The translations under genes and the position numbers were made by a program. Under the pieces are notes generated by a model. It worked only from the letters and a program-made list of their open reading frames with translations. It was not told the origin of the DNA and made no database searches. This document shows, one piece after another, positions 36,639 through 45,978 of a stretch of 64,000 bases of DNA (position 1 is its first letter; the number at the start of each line of letters is the position of its first letter). Source of the stretch: an uncultured Bacteriovoracaceae bacterium (lineage in GTDB: Bacteria > Bdellovibrionota > UBA1018); assembly GCA_964364175.1 (NCBI GenBank), contig CAYILR010000002.1, positions 69,357 to 133,356 of the forward strand, written 5' to 3'.

Positions 36639-37868
36639 TCAACTCAGCGTCGCCCACCGAACCATCCGATCCATGACTTTCATGCTGTCCCAGTAGGCGT
36701 CAAAGTTGTGCATTGAACCGATTTCGCAGAGGCGGGAGACGCCTAAGAGGGCGGCGGATTCGGTGAAGCGGCGTTTTTTCTCAGCGTCGAGAATTGCGAC
36801 TCCGATGGTTTGAATTTTCGGGGTGACCCACGGAAGTGCTTCGTCGAGGGATTTTACGGCTTTCACAAAAACTGATCGGTATTGCAAACCCTCGGGCAGG
36901 TCGGGTTTTTGATCAATCAAGATGGTGTACTGCAGATCAGCTGGGGCTTTGAGGTCTTTGTCCTGGGACAATCCGTAATCTGTGCGTGCGCGAAGAATAG
37001 CTGCTGAGTTGGCTTCTTCGATTTGTGTGAACGGACGAGTGTCTGCCATTCGCTTGAGTTCGACTTGTAGCAGATCGCAGAGGGGTTGCACTTCTTGGAA
37101 TGAACCTTCCACAAAAACTACATGAGGAGACGAGCAGGCTTGTTGATCGAAGGCTGCGAGATCGCGTGCGAGGGCTCGTACCAAAGTCGGGAGTTTGTCC
37201 TGGTTTTTGATTGCGTCGCGGTCCATCACGCAGAAGGAATACTTGGGTCCAAAAACCACATCCGTTGCGTGATCCATTCGAGGCAATGCGGTGACTGCAG
37301 CTACGGCATCTGCGCCCCCCCAAACGACTCGCAAATCCGAGACGGTGGAGAGTTGCTTGTTGAGTTCCAAGCGATCACTCGGGAACGTTACCCATGCGGT
37401 GGATTTCACGATGGGGTGTTGTTCGAAATCTTGGAAGATTTTGAGTAGAACGGAAAAAACTCCCACCGATCCGCTCGAGACTCGAATCAAATTAGCGTTC
37501 TTGCACATGGCCGATAGCGCCCATGAGAAAAATCCTAGGGTCGGAACGTTGCCAGCAATCCAATGCGTGGCAAGACCCGCAGGCGCTGCTCGCACTTGAA
37601 ATCCTGACAAAGGCAGAAACTGATCGAGCGCCAAGGCTTGATTGCCGAGTTGATTTTCCAATAATCGCTGTAGATTTTTTTTCGTCAGCCAGCTGGCCAA
37701 AAATGCGATTCCTGGAACCGTGGCGTAGTCACGCGAGATTAATTTTTTGCCGAGTTGATCCAAAAATTCGATGATCTCGGCTTCCGGCATCGTGCGCAGT
37801 GATTCTTGCGAAACTCGCAGACGTTTAGCGATTTCAGTAATTTCGGAAGGAGATTGAATTTTGATCAT
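36639..37868 (-). CDS. LuxC-like acyl-CoA/acyl-protein reductase (PF05893 family)
   Basis: 'HWIAGNVPTLGFFSWALSAMCKNANLIRVSS' parallels the LuxC 'AGNVP...K.SS' region. 4-bp overlap with the upstream LuxE-like gene. Confidence 0.65.
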   Translation of the reverse strand: MIKIQSPSEITEIAKRLRVSQESLRTMPEAEIIEFLDQLGKKLISRDYATVPGIAFLASWLTKKNLQRLLENQLGNQALALDQFLPLSGFQVRAAPAGLATHWIAGNVPTLGFFSWALSAMCKNANLIRVSSGSVGVFSVLLKIFQDFEQHPIVKSTAWVTFPSDRLELNKQLSTVSDLRVVWGGADAVAAVTALPRMDHATDVVFGPKYSFCVMDRDAIKNQDKLPTLVRALARDLAAFDQQACSSPHVVFVEGSFQEVQPLCDLLQVELKRMADTRPFTQIEEANSAAILRARTDYGLSQDKDLKAPADLQYTILIDQKPDLPEGLQYRSVFVKAVKSLDEALPWVTPKIQTIGVAILDAEKKRRFTESAALLGVSRLCEIGSMHNFDAYWDSMKVMDRMVRWATLS

Positions 37869-39019
37869 CCGATCACCCTCGACGCAGCTTGCACATCACC
37901 ACATCCACGCAACTCAGACGCTTCCACGCGCGAACGAAACTGAAAATACGTGCCCTTCTGCCCGCACTTGCAGTTATCCTCGCCGATCAAAGTTCCCACA
38001 TCATCCGTCAAAATCGCATGCCCCGGATAACTCGTGGGTAGAATACTCACGACCTCGATCAACCCCACCTGCCCGGGCTTCACGGGTTTTAAAGTGGTAA
38101 AATCCCGAATCACAACCTCCGCAAATCCGGGCGCATGCTTGTAACCTTGCGAGCAATCCAGAAAAATCACACCAACTTGTTCGGCCATTCCATAGAAATT
38201 TCGCACTTGAGTTGCAGGCATTCCAAAAACATCCGAGGCAGCTTGGGCAAAAACTGAATTGTTGACACTCATTTCGATGAGTTTTTTCCAACCCCCACCG
38301 TGTAGAAGCAATCCCTGGCGTGATGAAAAGGAAACTCCCAATTTCTTGAGCGGCAGAATCACATCCATCCACGCGCTGAACGTCATGCCCGCGATCAGGT
38401 ACTCCTGATCCCCGACTTCTTTGAAAAAAGCCCGAATCGCTTCGACATCCAACTCAGGCGTCGCAGTAGCAGACGCGGCCTTCATCGCGTAAACCATCTT
38501 GGAAGCAAACGGCGCCAATCCACGAATCACAGCATCACGCGCAGTGATCGAGTCCTGACTCTGCATCCGCGCAGAGGAATCCAAAACCAAAAAAGGGCGA
38601 CGCTTGGAGCCGATCACGGAAATCAAAGAACCCGCCAGAGCTTTGGTCTGACGAAACAAAGTGGGTTTATCTAAAAAGATTTTGCTGGGTTGAGAAGTGG
38701 ACGTCCCACTCGACTGCAGTACACGCGTCACTTGATCTTTGGGTACCAGGCAAAGCTCGTGTCCCTTGAACGCCGATACATGAAAATAAGGAATGTCGGC
38801 ATAATCATGGATGCGAGACGAATCCGTAAACCCGGATTTTTTCAAAAACCCGGCATACGCAGGCAAGACCGCTTGGTTCCTGCGAACGTGCTTTTCAAAA
38901 AGCGGCAGGAGTTTTTCCTTCTTGCCCCCAGACGAAGCCGACACCAACGCCTCCATGCCCGCCAGCACTTGGTCGATCTCAGTCTGGAGTTCTTGTTGAA
39001 GCAAATCCGTTTTCTCCAC
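37865..39019 (-). CDS. LuxE-like acyl-protein synthetase (PF04443 family)
   Basis: 'DIPYFHVSAFK...SSGTSTSQPSKIFLD', 'LLLHGGGWKKL' and 'LTDDVGTL' parallel LuxE 'DIPVFPTSVFK...SSGTNGLKSQVARD', 'IITGGGWKSY' and 'VTDDVGII'. Confidence 0.7.
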   Translation of the reverse strand: MEKTDLLQQELQTEIDQVLAGMEALVSASSGGKKEKLLPLFEKHVRRNQAVLPAYAGFLKKSGFTDSSRIHDYADIPYFHVSAFKGHELCLVPKDQVTRVLQSSGTSTSQPSKIFLDKPTLFRQTKALAGSLISVIGSKRRPFLVLDSSARMQSQDSITARDAVIRGLAPFASKMVYAMKAASATATPELDVEAIRAFFKEVGDQEYLIAGMTFSAWMDVILPLKKLGVSFSSRQGLLLHGGGWKKLIEMSVNNSVFAQAASDVFGMPATQVRNFYGMAEQVGVIFLDCSQGYKHAPGFAEVVIRDFTTLKPVKPGQVGLIEVVSILPTSYPGHAILTDDVGTLIGEDNCKCGQKGTYFQFRSRVEASELRGCGDVQAASRVIG

Positions 39020-39096
39020 AGCAAGCCTGACCGTACAACAGATAAATTCGTCTAATCAAGCGTTACTCCAGCTATTTTTGAATCATCACCAATCTA

Positions 39097-40065
39097 CTAC
39101 TGCATCTGATCCAGCCACAGAAGAGCGCCAGGAGTTTCCTTCCAAGCTCTCAGGGCCTCATCCACGTAAATCACCGCTTCTTCTCTGCTGCCCAGGGAGT
39201 ACGAATCCGGCCTCCACGGAGGAAGCTTGGACTTGCCTAGAAGATATTTTGGGACATGCACATTTCCTTGCACCGCTACTACAATTTGCTTCACTGCTTT
39301 TTTTGATTCCGAGCCCTGTTTTTTAAAAAGAAAAAGCGCCTTGTTAAACGCATGGAACGCACCAAAATCGTTTTTGTAGCGCCTGAGAATTTTCTCGACT
39401 TCATCCAGTTCGTTTTTGATGAGCAAGCAATTCACCAGCACATCTCGAAGTCCCTGATTGTCCTTGGGATTGAGTCGCAGGCAATCCTGATAATGAGTGA
39501 TGGCTTCCTTCTCACGACCCAGCTCCCACAAAAAATCAGCGAGGCTTGCTTTGGCCCTCATGTAGGGGCGGCTTTCGGTCATACCCCAAAAATGTCCCTC
39601 ATTTTCTTTGAAAAATTCCTCGCCCAGGTCTTTCTCTCCCGCCTCGACGGCGCGCTCAAAGCAAGAAAGCGCCTCCTCGGGTGTGCGCGAATCTTCACCG
39701 AGCATGATCCAAGCATCCGGTAGATGCGGATAAAGTTTCAAAGCCTGCTGGATGATTTTACGGCGTTGGCTCGACCGATCTTCCTCAAACGCATCATCCA
39801 TGAGGATCTGAGCTCGATCTCGATCCGACAGATCTTCGCGATCCTGGAACTCGGCGTTGATGTCGTCCATTTTCCGACCCATCAAGCTTTGCAAATACTG
39901 GTTGGCCTCCTCCATCGATAGATTTTTTGATTCAATCACCTTGCCGATATTTCCCAGCATCTGCTCCATTCCCCGACGAATTTTCGCTGGATTTACGGGA
40001 ACAGAGGTTTGAGCCATCAGCTCATTAACGGGGCAGGAATCATTGCGTCCCTGTTTCGTACTCAT
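39097..40065 (-). CDS. TPR-like helical repeat protein
   Basis: Repeated helix pairs ('AITHYQDCLRLNPKDNQGL', 'ALSCFERAVEAGEKDLG') and no catalytic motifs. Confidence 0.4.
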   Translation of the reverse strand: MSTKQGRNDSCPVNELMAQTSVPVNPAKIRRGMEQMLGNIGKVIESKNLSMEEANQYLQSLMGRKMDDINAEFQDREDLSDRDRAQILMDDAFEEDRSSQRRKIIQQALKLYPHLPDAWIMLGEDSRTPEEALSCFERAVEAGEKDLGEEFFKENEGHFWGMTESRPYMRAKASLADFLWELGREKEAITHYQDCLRLNPKDNQGLRDVLVNCLLIKNELDEVEKILRRYKNDFGAFHAFNKALFLFKKQGSESKKAVKQIVVAVQGNVHVPKYLLGKSKLPPWRPDSYSLGSREEAVIYVDEALRAWKETPGALLWLDQMQ

Positions 40066-40451
40066 GCATGAATCTCCTCGGCTTCATTTTCGGTTGGGTC
40101 AACGGTTTTTGTTCTGAGTAAATACTGTGCATGAAGTCGAGCCAGATTCAGGCCACGTGATGCGCATTGCTTCAAACTCAGAGTATTTTTGTAAGAAAGA
40201 TAGGTATCGGTAGTTTTCAATAAAGCTTCGGCCTTTGAAAAGGTAGTCTGAGTATCTTTTTCCATCTCAGCGACGAGGATGCGATTGCAATGCACTTCCT
40301 CTGCGGCTTGAGCTTGATCGAGATTGCTGATGATCGAGGACAAACTTGCCATGAGCTGCATGACGTCCTCATAGGTCAAGGCGGTGAGCCGATTCAAAAT
40401 CAGCTCTTGTTTCTCGATCACAGCGGCTCGGAGTTTCAACGGATCTGCCAT
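40062..40451 (-). CDS. hypothetical small protein (129 aa), translationally coupled to the TPR-like gene
   Basis: 4-bp overlap with the downstream gene on the same strand. Helical, no recognisable family. Confidence 0.35.
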   Translation of the reverse strand: MADPLKLRAAVIEKQELILNRLTALTYEDVMQLMASLSSIISNLDQAQAAEEVHCNRILVAEMEKDTQTTFSKAEALLKTTDTYLSYKNTLSLKQCASRGLNLARLHAQYLLRTKTVDPTENEAEEIHA

Positions 40452-40646
40452 AGTTTATGGGAAATACTGCGTTTCTTTGAAATTGACCAGGGGGTACCCA
40501 GAAAAAATCGGCCGTTCTTTAATCTGTGAGCACGGATTTGGAAGGTTTTCTACCAAATCGAAGGTCACAGACCCTTTGCAACCCCTCAAATGGAAGGATT
40601 CCTTCCAAATCACAGGCCACAGATTTTCTTACCTTCCGAAAATTTA

Positions 40647-42158
40647 TCAAAAATCTGTAACTTGTTTTCTAAGTTCACCCTTGAGTACTTTGCCCGAACC
40701 TGTTTTCGGCAAAGCCTCCAGGATCTGCACCTTTTTGGGCTGCAGATAGGGCGGCAAGGCCTTCTTCAAGTATTCCAAAAACTGCTCCATCACAAATCCT
40801 TCTTGCACACAAACGAACGCGGCCACGGCCTCACCCAAAAGCTCATCCGGCATCGCGACAACGGCACATTCCTTCACAGTCTCGAATTTGCGCATCGCCG
40901 TCTCAACATCCAACGCACTCGCCCGATTGCCTGCGCACTTGAGGATATCGCTTTTTCGGCCCTGAAGGAACAGATACCCATCTTCGTCGAGCCGGCCCAA
41001 ATCACCGGTGTGCAGCCATCCGTCCGAGAAAACCTGCGTGGTTCGGGCTTCGTCTCGGTAATAACCTTGAGAAATATTGGCTCCTTGTGCGGTGACTTCT
41101 CCATAACCGCTTGGAGCGTCATCATCGGGCAAAATGCGAATTTTTACACCCGGAATAGCCTTCCCCGCCGAACCCAGTTTGTTCTTCAATTCCTCGGGAG
41201 GCAAAATCGTCAGCCGAGCCGTCGCCTCCGTTTGGCCATACATCACATAAATCAGCGCTCCCGGAAAAACCGGTTCCAACTCCAGAATATCCGCCTGCGC
41301 GAGTTTCCCACCCGCCTGCAGCAAGTACCGCAAAGGAATCGGAGGTTTCTTCTTTAAACTCGAATTTTTGAGAAGAATCTGAAACGTCGAAGGCACACCC
41401 GCAAAACCCGTGCAAGGCACCTTGACCATTTCCTCGAGAACACGATCGGCGAACATAAATTGATTGTTGATCACGATGCACGCACCTGCTTTGAGGTGTG
41501 TGTGCAAAATCGAAGCACCGAAAGAATAGCAGAACGGCAGCACATTCATCACGACGTCGCTCGGGAGAATCGGCGCCGCCTGCAAAATTGCCTGCGTGTT
41601 GGCCAAGAGGTTTCCGTGACTGATCACCACACCCTTGGGATCGCCGGTCGATCCTGACGTAAACAGAATCAATGCTGGATCAGTGTCCAGTACGTCTGCA
41701 GCAGGCTCCGTTGATGTTTTGGAATTCGACTGAACAAAAAGTGCTTCCAACCTCTGAACCGGAACACCCAACGACTCCAAAGCCTGAGCATTCCGTCCCG
41801 CCACCAAATCCGAAACTAAAAATAGCTTCGGCTCCGCCAGCTTCACCACCGCCCGAATTTTTTCCGCCGAAGAATCCGCCGGCAAAGGCACGCAAACTAA
41901 CCCCGAACGCATGAGCGCCAGGTAGCTCACCACCCAGGCAAACGAATTTTCACCCTGCAGACAAACAAGACTACCCGGCTGAATTCCTTGCTTTTGAAAA
42001 TATGAAGAAAGACTCTCAACCCGCTGAATCAGCTCCGCACGCGAAATCACCTGATCTTTAATTCGAAGCGCGGGAGAGTTCCCCGGAATCGAATCTTCGC
42101 TGAGAATAGTTTCTGCGAAGTTCATTCGCTGAGTCCGTCCATTTTCCTTCCCTCTCAA
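40647..42158 (-). CDS. AMP-dependent synthetase/ligase, DltA-like stand-alone adenylation enzyme (acyl/aminoacyl-carrier-protein ligase)
   Basis: 'LILFTSGSTGDPKGVVISHGNLL' AMP-binding motif I, cf. DltA '[22 protein letters not shown]'. 503 aa with no condensation or thioesterase domains. Confidence 0.8.
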   Translation of the reverse strand: MRGKENGRTQRMNFAETILSEDSIPGNSPALRIKDQVISRAELIQRVESLSSYFQKQGIQPGSLVCLQGENSFAWVVSYLALMRSGLVCVPLPADSSAEKIRAVVKLAEPKLFLVSDLVAGRNAQALESLGVPVQRLEALFVQSNSKTSTEPAADVLDTDPALILFTSGSTGDPKGVVISHGNLLANTQAILQAAPILPSDVVMNVLPFCYSFGASILHTHLKAGACIVINNQFMFADRVLEEMVKVPCTGFAGVPSTFQILLKNSSLKKKPPIPLRYLLQAGGKLAQADILELEPVFPGALIYVMYGQTEATARLTILPPEELKNKLGSAGKAIPGVKIRILPDDDAPSGYGEVTAQGANISQGYYRDEARTTQVFSDGWLHTGDLGRLDEDGYLFLQGRKSDILKCAGNRASALDVETAMRKFETVKECAVVAMPDELLGEAVAAFVCVQEGFVMEQFLEYLKKALPPYLQPKKVQILEALPKTGSGKVLKGELRKQVTDF

Positions 42159-42478
42159 CCCGCAGTTTTTAACTTCAAAACATCTTTTTTCTTGAAGCGA
42201 AAGTCTTTGCCATTGGGTTTGGTGAACTTGATTTTCTTTTCTTTCACTTTTCTGCGCATCGTGGATTCAGAGATCCCCAAAAGCTGACAGGCTTCCGCCA
42301 AGGTAATTGTGTCTCCACTCAAAAACAATTTAGAAGAATCGGTAATATCCAACCCGATGACATTGGATGATTTATCCAGGCGAACAATCATTCCGTCCTT
42401 AAAAAAACTGCGGGCCTCTATTTCATCCTTAAAATCGATCGAAATATAATCGACGTCGGGTCGGTGATAAACTTTCAC
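42155..42478 (-). CDS. DUF2283-like protein with a C-terminal HTH (putative antitoxin)
   Basis: N-terminal 'MKVYHRPDVDYISIDF' is typical of DUF2283. C-terminal 'TLAEACQLLGISESTMRRKVKEKKI' is HTH. 4-bp overlaps on both sides. Confidence 0.5.
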   Translation of the reverse strand: MKVYHRPDVDYISIDFKDEIEARSFFKDGMIVRLDKSSNVIGLDITDSSKLFLSGDTITLAEACQLLGISESTMRRKVKEKKIKFTKPNGKDFRFKKKDVLKLKTAG

Positions 42479-42729
42479 GGGGCACCTCCTTCGTGAGTTG
42501 AGAATCTGTGCATCACAGTCAATATTTCATAAACCTGATCCAATGCTCGGACTGCAACGACAGCGATTTGATTGTCGGTACGACTGGAAATTAACTTATA
42601 ATAAATCACTTTGTCTTGAGACTGCTGGATGGTTCCACCAGGACTATTCATAACTTCCTCGACATCTTGAGTAGATATTTGCCTTGCCTGCATTCGTTCA
42701 ACAGCATGTGAAGAGTAGACGAGACGCAC
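42475..42729 (-). CDS. DUF4258-like small protein (putative toxin partner of DUF2283)
   Basis: 84 aa starting 'MRLVYSSHAVERMQARQIS', typical of DUF4258, immediately upstream of the DUF2283 gene. Confidence 0.5.
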   Translation of the reverse strand: MRLVYSSHAVERMQARQISTQDVEEVMNSPGGTIQQSQDKVIYYKLISSRTDNQIAVVAVRALDQVYEILTVMHRFSTHEGGAP

Positions 42730-42785
42730 TTTGTTAGTGTTCGATTTTTTTCACAACTTGTCAATAACTATTTTTAAATAGTCAT

Positions 42786-43112
42786 TCAATTACCTAGGCG
42801 CTCATCCGACGTCCCCGTCAACGCCTCGGACAGCGAATGTCCAAAGTGATTGCTCAGTTTTTTCAGATGAATCACGGTGTCGGTGGGATATGCCCCGTGC
42901 ATCCATCCATGGAGAACTGAGGGTGAGCAACCAGCGATCTTGCAAGCTTCGCGGATCGTTAGGCTCTTTTCACTCAAAAGCTTCTGGAGAAAAATACTCA
43001 GCGGCGTTCGGAATTCAAAGCGATGCACCCTGGGTTCTGCGACCCTCCAAGGAGTTATAAAACTTAAAAGCATTTCGTCTTTGGTTAGAATCCTGAGTTG
43101 TGGAGTTTTCAT
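42786..43112 (-). CDS. small HTH DNA-binding protein
   Basis: 'LTIREACKIAGCSPSVLHGWMHG' is HTH-like. Lies in the low-GC segment. Confidence 0.4.
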   Translation of the reverse strand: MKTPQLRILTKDEMLLSFITPWRVAEPRVHRFEFRTPLSIFLQKLLSEKSLTIREACKIAGCSPSVLHGWMHGAYPTDTVIHLKKLSNHFGHSLSEALTGTSDERLGN

Positions 43113-43154
43113 TTACGTTACCGAACTTGCTTCTCTCCCAAAATCTCCGCTAAC

Positions 43155-43805
43155 TCAACTGATGTTCACATTTCCGAACAACTCATGGGAAATAATGATC
43201 GGAGAATTTGTGGGTCGATATTCCTCCGTACAACTTGACGCATTCACATATTGAGTTTTGCCCAAGGTCACCTGACCATATCCATGATGGAGATGCCCGA
43301 AAACATGGATGTGAGGTTGAATTTTTTGAACTACTTTAAGCAATTCCTCGCACCCACAATGTTCACTAGTAATGACAAAATCTAAAATTCCATGCGGCGG
43401 ACCATGAGTCACGAGAATATCTACCTGTTCGGGAATTTGCCCCCATTTTTTTGCGATCGCCTTGCCTCGATCGACATTAAAAGCCCAATTACAAAATGTG
43501 GGCTGCCAAGGTGAGCCAAAGATCCGAGTAGATTGAATCGTGATTTCCTGATCGATCAAAACTGTCACATCAAGTCCCATGATTTCGCGTGCAAGCGTTT
43601 CCTGCTCCTCAAAAAGCCAGTCGTGGTTACCGGGAACAAAAACCTTGTGTGGATGTGGCAAGGCGCGAAACTCTTTAGAAAATGTAATGACTTCCTGGAG
43701 AGTACCCATACTTGTTGCATCACCAGCATGAATCAAGAGATCCCCCTCTGGGATTTTCATTTTGGAGAGCTGGTTGTGAGTATCTGAAATACAAATGATT
43801 TTCAT
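43155..43805 (-). CDS. calcineurin-like metallophosphoesterase
   Basis: 'ISDTHN', 'GDLLIHAGD', 'VPGNHD' and 'THGPPHG' motifs. Coding sequence is AT-rich relative to the locus. Confidence 0.8.
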   Translation of the reverse strand: MKIICISDTHNQLSKMKIPEGDLLIHAGDATSMGTLQEVITFSKEFRALPHPHKVFVPGNHDWLFEEQETLAREIMGLDVTVLIDQEITIQSTRIFGSPWQPTFCNWAFNVDRGKAIAKKWGQIPEQVDILVTHGPPHGILDFVITSEHCGCEELLKVVQKIQPHIHVFGHLHHGYGQVTLGKTQYVNASSCTEEYRPTNSPIIISHELFGNVNIS

Positions 43806-44779
43806 AAAATCCTTCCGGATGATTTTCTGAACAAAATTTTCTTGGAATCAAAATCATAGTCAACCAGCTTCCCCTGAAATAAATATTTCGTTTTTTGTAA
43901 ATCCTCACGATAATTTCCAGTCAGCTCCCAACTAATCAGTCGAAGGCATTTGCTTTCATCCACGAATTTAAACTCATTCATCGAACTATGCTCAAAATAA
44001 TAGGTGGGAATTTCAAAATCATAATCATGCTCAAGCATTGCGAAAGTATGTGAGAGCAACCCATTTTCATAACGTTGATGAGAGCCTCCGCTTCCTCCTT
44101 TGGTCCATGCGATGTGATCTCCTTGATCAATAAAGAAATACTGCTGCCAGGGGTTTCGATGATCCCAATAGTTAAAGGGTTTAGGTGTATTGGGATAAAC
44201 CCTCTCGTAGGTTGCACTCACTCTCGGAAGATGGATTTCTTTGAGCCGTTTTTCCCAACGTTTTTTTGCTGCGCTCTTTGTGAGTCGAATCTCGTCTCCA
44301 GTCTCTTCATCGTAGTCGTACTTACACATTTCTTTAAATAGAGCCACCACATCCGGGTAATATTCGAATGCTTGAGATTGAAAAATAGCATCCGTGATTT
44401 GATGCTCAATTTCTCTCTTAGGATCAGTTTTCCAATTATACGTTTTTCTGGGATATTCACGCTCTTTGAATATTTTCTCTAATTCATCTGAACTATAATA
44501 ACTGCGCTCTACCCGGTCCCGGGCTTCTTCTTCAACTTCGCTGACCAGTAAATGATTTGTGATTTGCAAGTGAGAGGGGTCTTCGTATAATTTTTCATCC
44601 AGATGCTCCTCGGTCATCATCACAAGACAACATTTGTATTGATGCTCGGAGAAAATTTTAGCTAGAGCAGAGTGAGTATCGTCCTTAACCCCTTTTGAAT
44701 ATTTGGAGAAGTAGTCGAGTGATTTATTGAATACTAGGTTTTTTATGATGCTAGTCTTGGTTTTTTCAAAAGTGAACAT
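43802..44779 (-). CDS. hypothetical protein (325 aa), translationally coupled to the metallophosphoesterase
   Basis: 4-bp overlap with the downstream metallophosphoesterase gene. AT-rich. Contains 'TKGGSGGSHQ' glycine-rich loop. No family recognised. Confidence 0.4.
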   Translation of the reverse strand: MFTFEKTKTSIIKNLVFNKSLDYFSKYSKGVKDDTHSALAKIFSEHQYKCCLVMMTEEHLDEKLYEDPSHLQITNHLLVSEVEEEARDRVERSYYSSDELEKIFKEREYPRKTYNWKTDPKREIEHQITDAIFQSQAFEYYPDVVALFKEMCKYDYDEETGDEIRLTKSAAKKRWEKRLKEIHLPRVSATYERVYPNTPKPFNYWDHRNPWQQYFFIDQGDHIAWTKGGSGGSHQRYENGLLSHTFAMLEHDYDFEIPTYYFEHSSMNEFKFVDESKCLRLISWELTGNYREDLQKTKYLFQGKLVDYDFDSKKILFRKSSGRIL

Positions 44780-44971
44780 TTGAGCAGTATAGAGGGTTTT
44801 TTCTGTGTTGGAATGGATTTTCAGAAGTCTGAACAGACAGCAAAACTGGCCGCAGAAATCAAAATCAAAGAAATTCTCTTTTTGGATTATTTACGTGAGA
44901 TTGATCGACGCGAGTTGTACAAAATTCGCACTTCAGGACGTAGCTATATTCTCAATCGGTCCAGAAGCAAC

Positions 44972-45208
44972 TCAGCTCAACCCACGCTCCGACAAAACAC
45001 CGTAGATGGCTTTAACGCTGTCCATTTTCATGATCTCTTCGACTTGAAACTCGACGGTGAACTCGGTCTGAAGAGCGTTCACCAAATTCAGATGCCCGAG
45101 TGAATCCCAGCCCGCGACATGTTCGGGCAAAACGTCATCGTTGTACTCAAACTTGGCTTCGGGGAACGCGGTCTCGAATGCTTTTTTTACTTTCTCGTTC
45201 ATTGCCAT
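44972..45208 (-). CDS. acyl carrier protein (phosphopantetheine-binding, DltC-like)
   Basis: 78 aa with 'AGWDSLGHLNLVNALQTEF', an ACP serine attachment motif. Confidence 0.75.
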   Translation of the reverse strand: MAMNEKVKKAFETAFPEAKFEYNDDVLPEHVAGWDSLGHLNLVNALQTEFTVEFQVEEIMKMDSVKAIYGVLSERGLS

Positions 45209-45229
45209 AAATCTTCCTTTTAAGTCAGC

Positions 45230-45952
45230 TTAGGTCAGCGCTAGTCCGCCATCCAAAACCCAGTTGCTGCCGGTCGCGTACGATCCGGTCTCGCCCAGCA
45301 AGGTCACGACTACTTTCGCGATTTCTTCCGGCTTGCTCAATCGTTTCAACGGAATTTTGCGCGCAATCATCGCCATCAGAACCTTGTTCATCAGATCGGT
45401 CTCCACAATCCCGGGGCTGATCGACACGGCGCGAATCCCGCGATCGGCGTACTCTGCCGCAATCGATTGGGTGAAATGCATAAGCGCCGCTTTCATCGCT
45501 GCGTAGGCCGTCATTTTTGCCGACGGACGCATGCCTGCGACTGACGTCATATTGATGATGATGCCACTTTTTTGGGTGATCATTTTGGGGAGCAATTCGC
45601 GGGTCAAAAAGTACGGTGCGCGGAACAAAACTTCGATTTCTTGGTCCACATCGGCCATCGGCATCGTGTGGGTATCTGCGATCTTCATGAGGCCTGCATT
45701 GTTCACTAACGCGACCAGCTCGTCGGGTTGATTGCGAATCATTTCAACGGCTTCCTGGAGTTGTCCACGATTTGCCAAATCACATGTGAATGGTGTGAAT
45801 TGCTGTGGATAAGTCTCGGCGAGCTTTTGGAGCAGGTCGTGCCGTCGCGCCAGTCCGTACACATGAAATCCAGCCGCCACAACTTGGTGAACACAGGCCA
45901 AACCAATGCCGCTTGTCACCCCGGTAATCACCACACTTTTTCGTGCATTCAT
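45230..45952 (-). CDS. SDR-family oxidoreductase (FabG-like 3-oxoacyl-ACP reductase type); start taken at MNARKS
   Basis: 'VVITGVTSGIGLA' with 'NNAG' and 'YAAMKAAL' (the Y-x3-K catalytic motif). Confidence 0.8.
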   Translation of the reverse strand: MNARKSVVITGVTSGIGLACVHQVVAAGFHVYGLARRHDLLQKLAETYPQQFTPFTCDLANRGQLQEAVEMIRNQPDELVALVNNAGLMKIADTHTMPMADVDQEIEVLFRAPYFLTRELLPKMITQKSGIIINMTSVAGMRPSAKMTAYAAMKAALMHFTQSIAAEYADRGIRAVSISPGIVETDLMNKVLMAMIARKIPLKRLSKPEEIAKVVVTLLGETGSYATGSNWVLDGGLALT

Positions 45953-45978
45953 GGCCCCAGCATTATACGGTTTCGGGC

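Noticed and set aside
36639-39019. Bioluminescence (lux) operon
   Set aside because: Only LuxC- and LuxE-like genes are present. No luxA/luxB luciferase or luxD is seen, so the pair more likely feeds an acyl/aldehyde into glycan modification.
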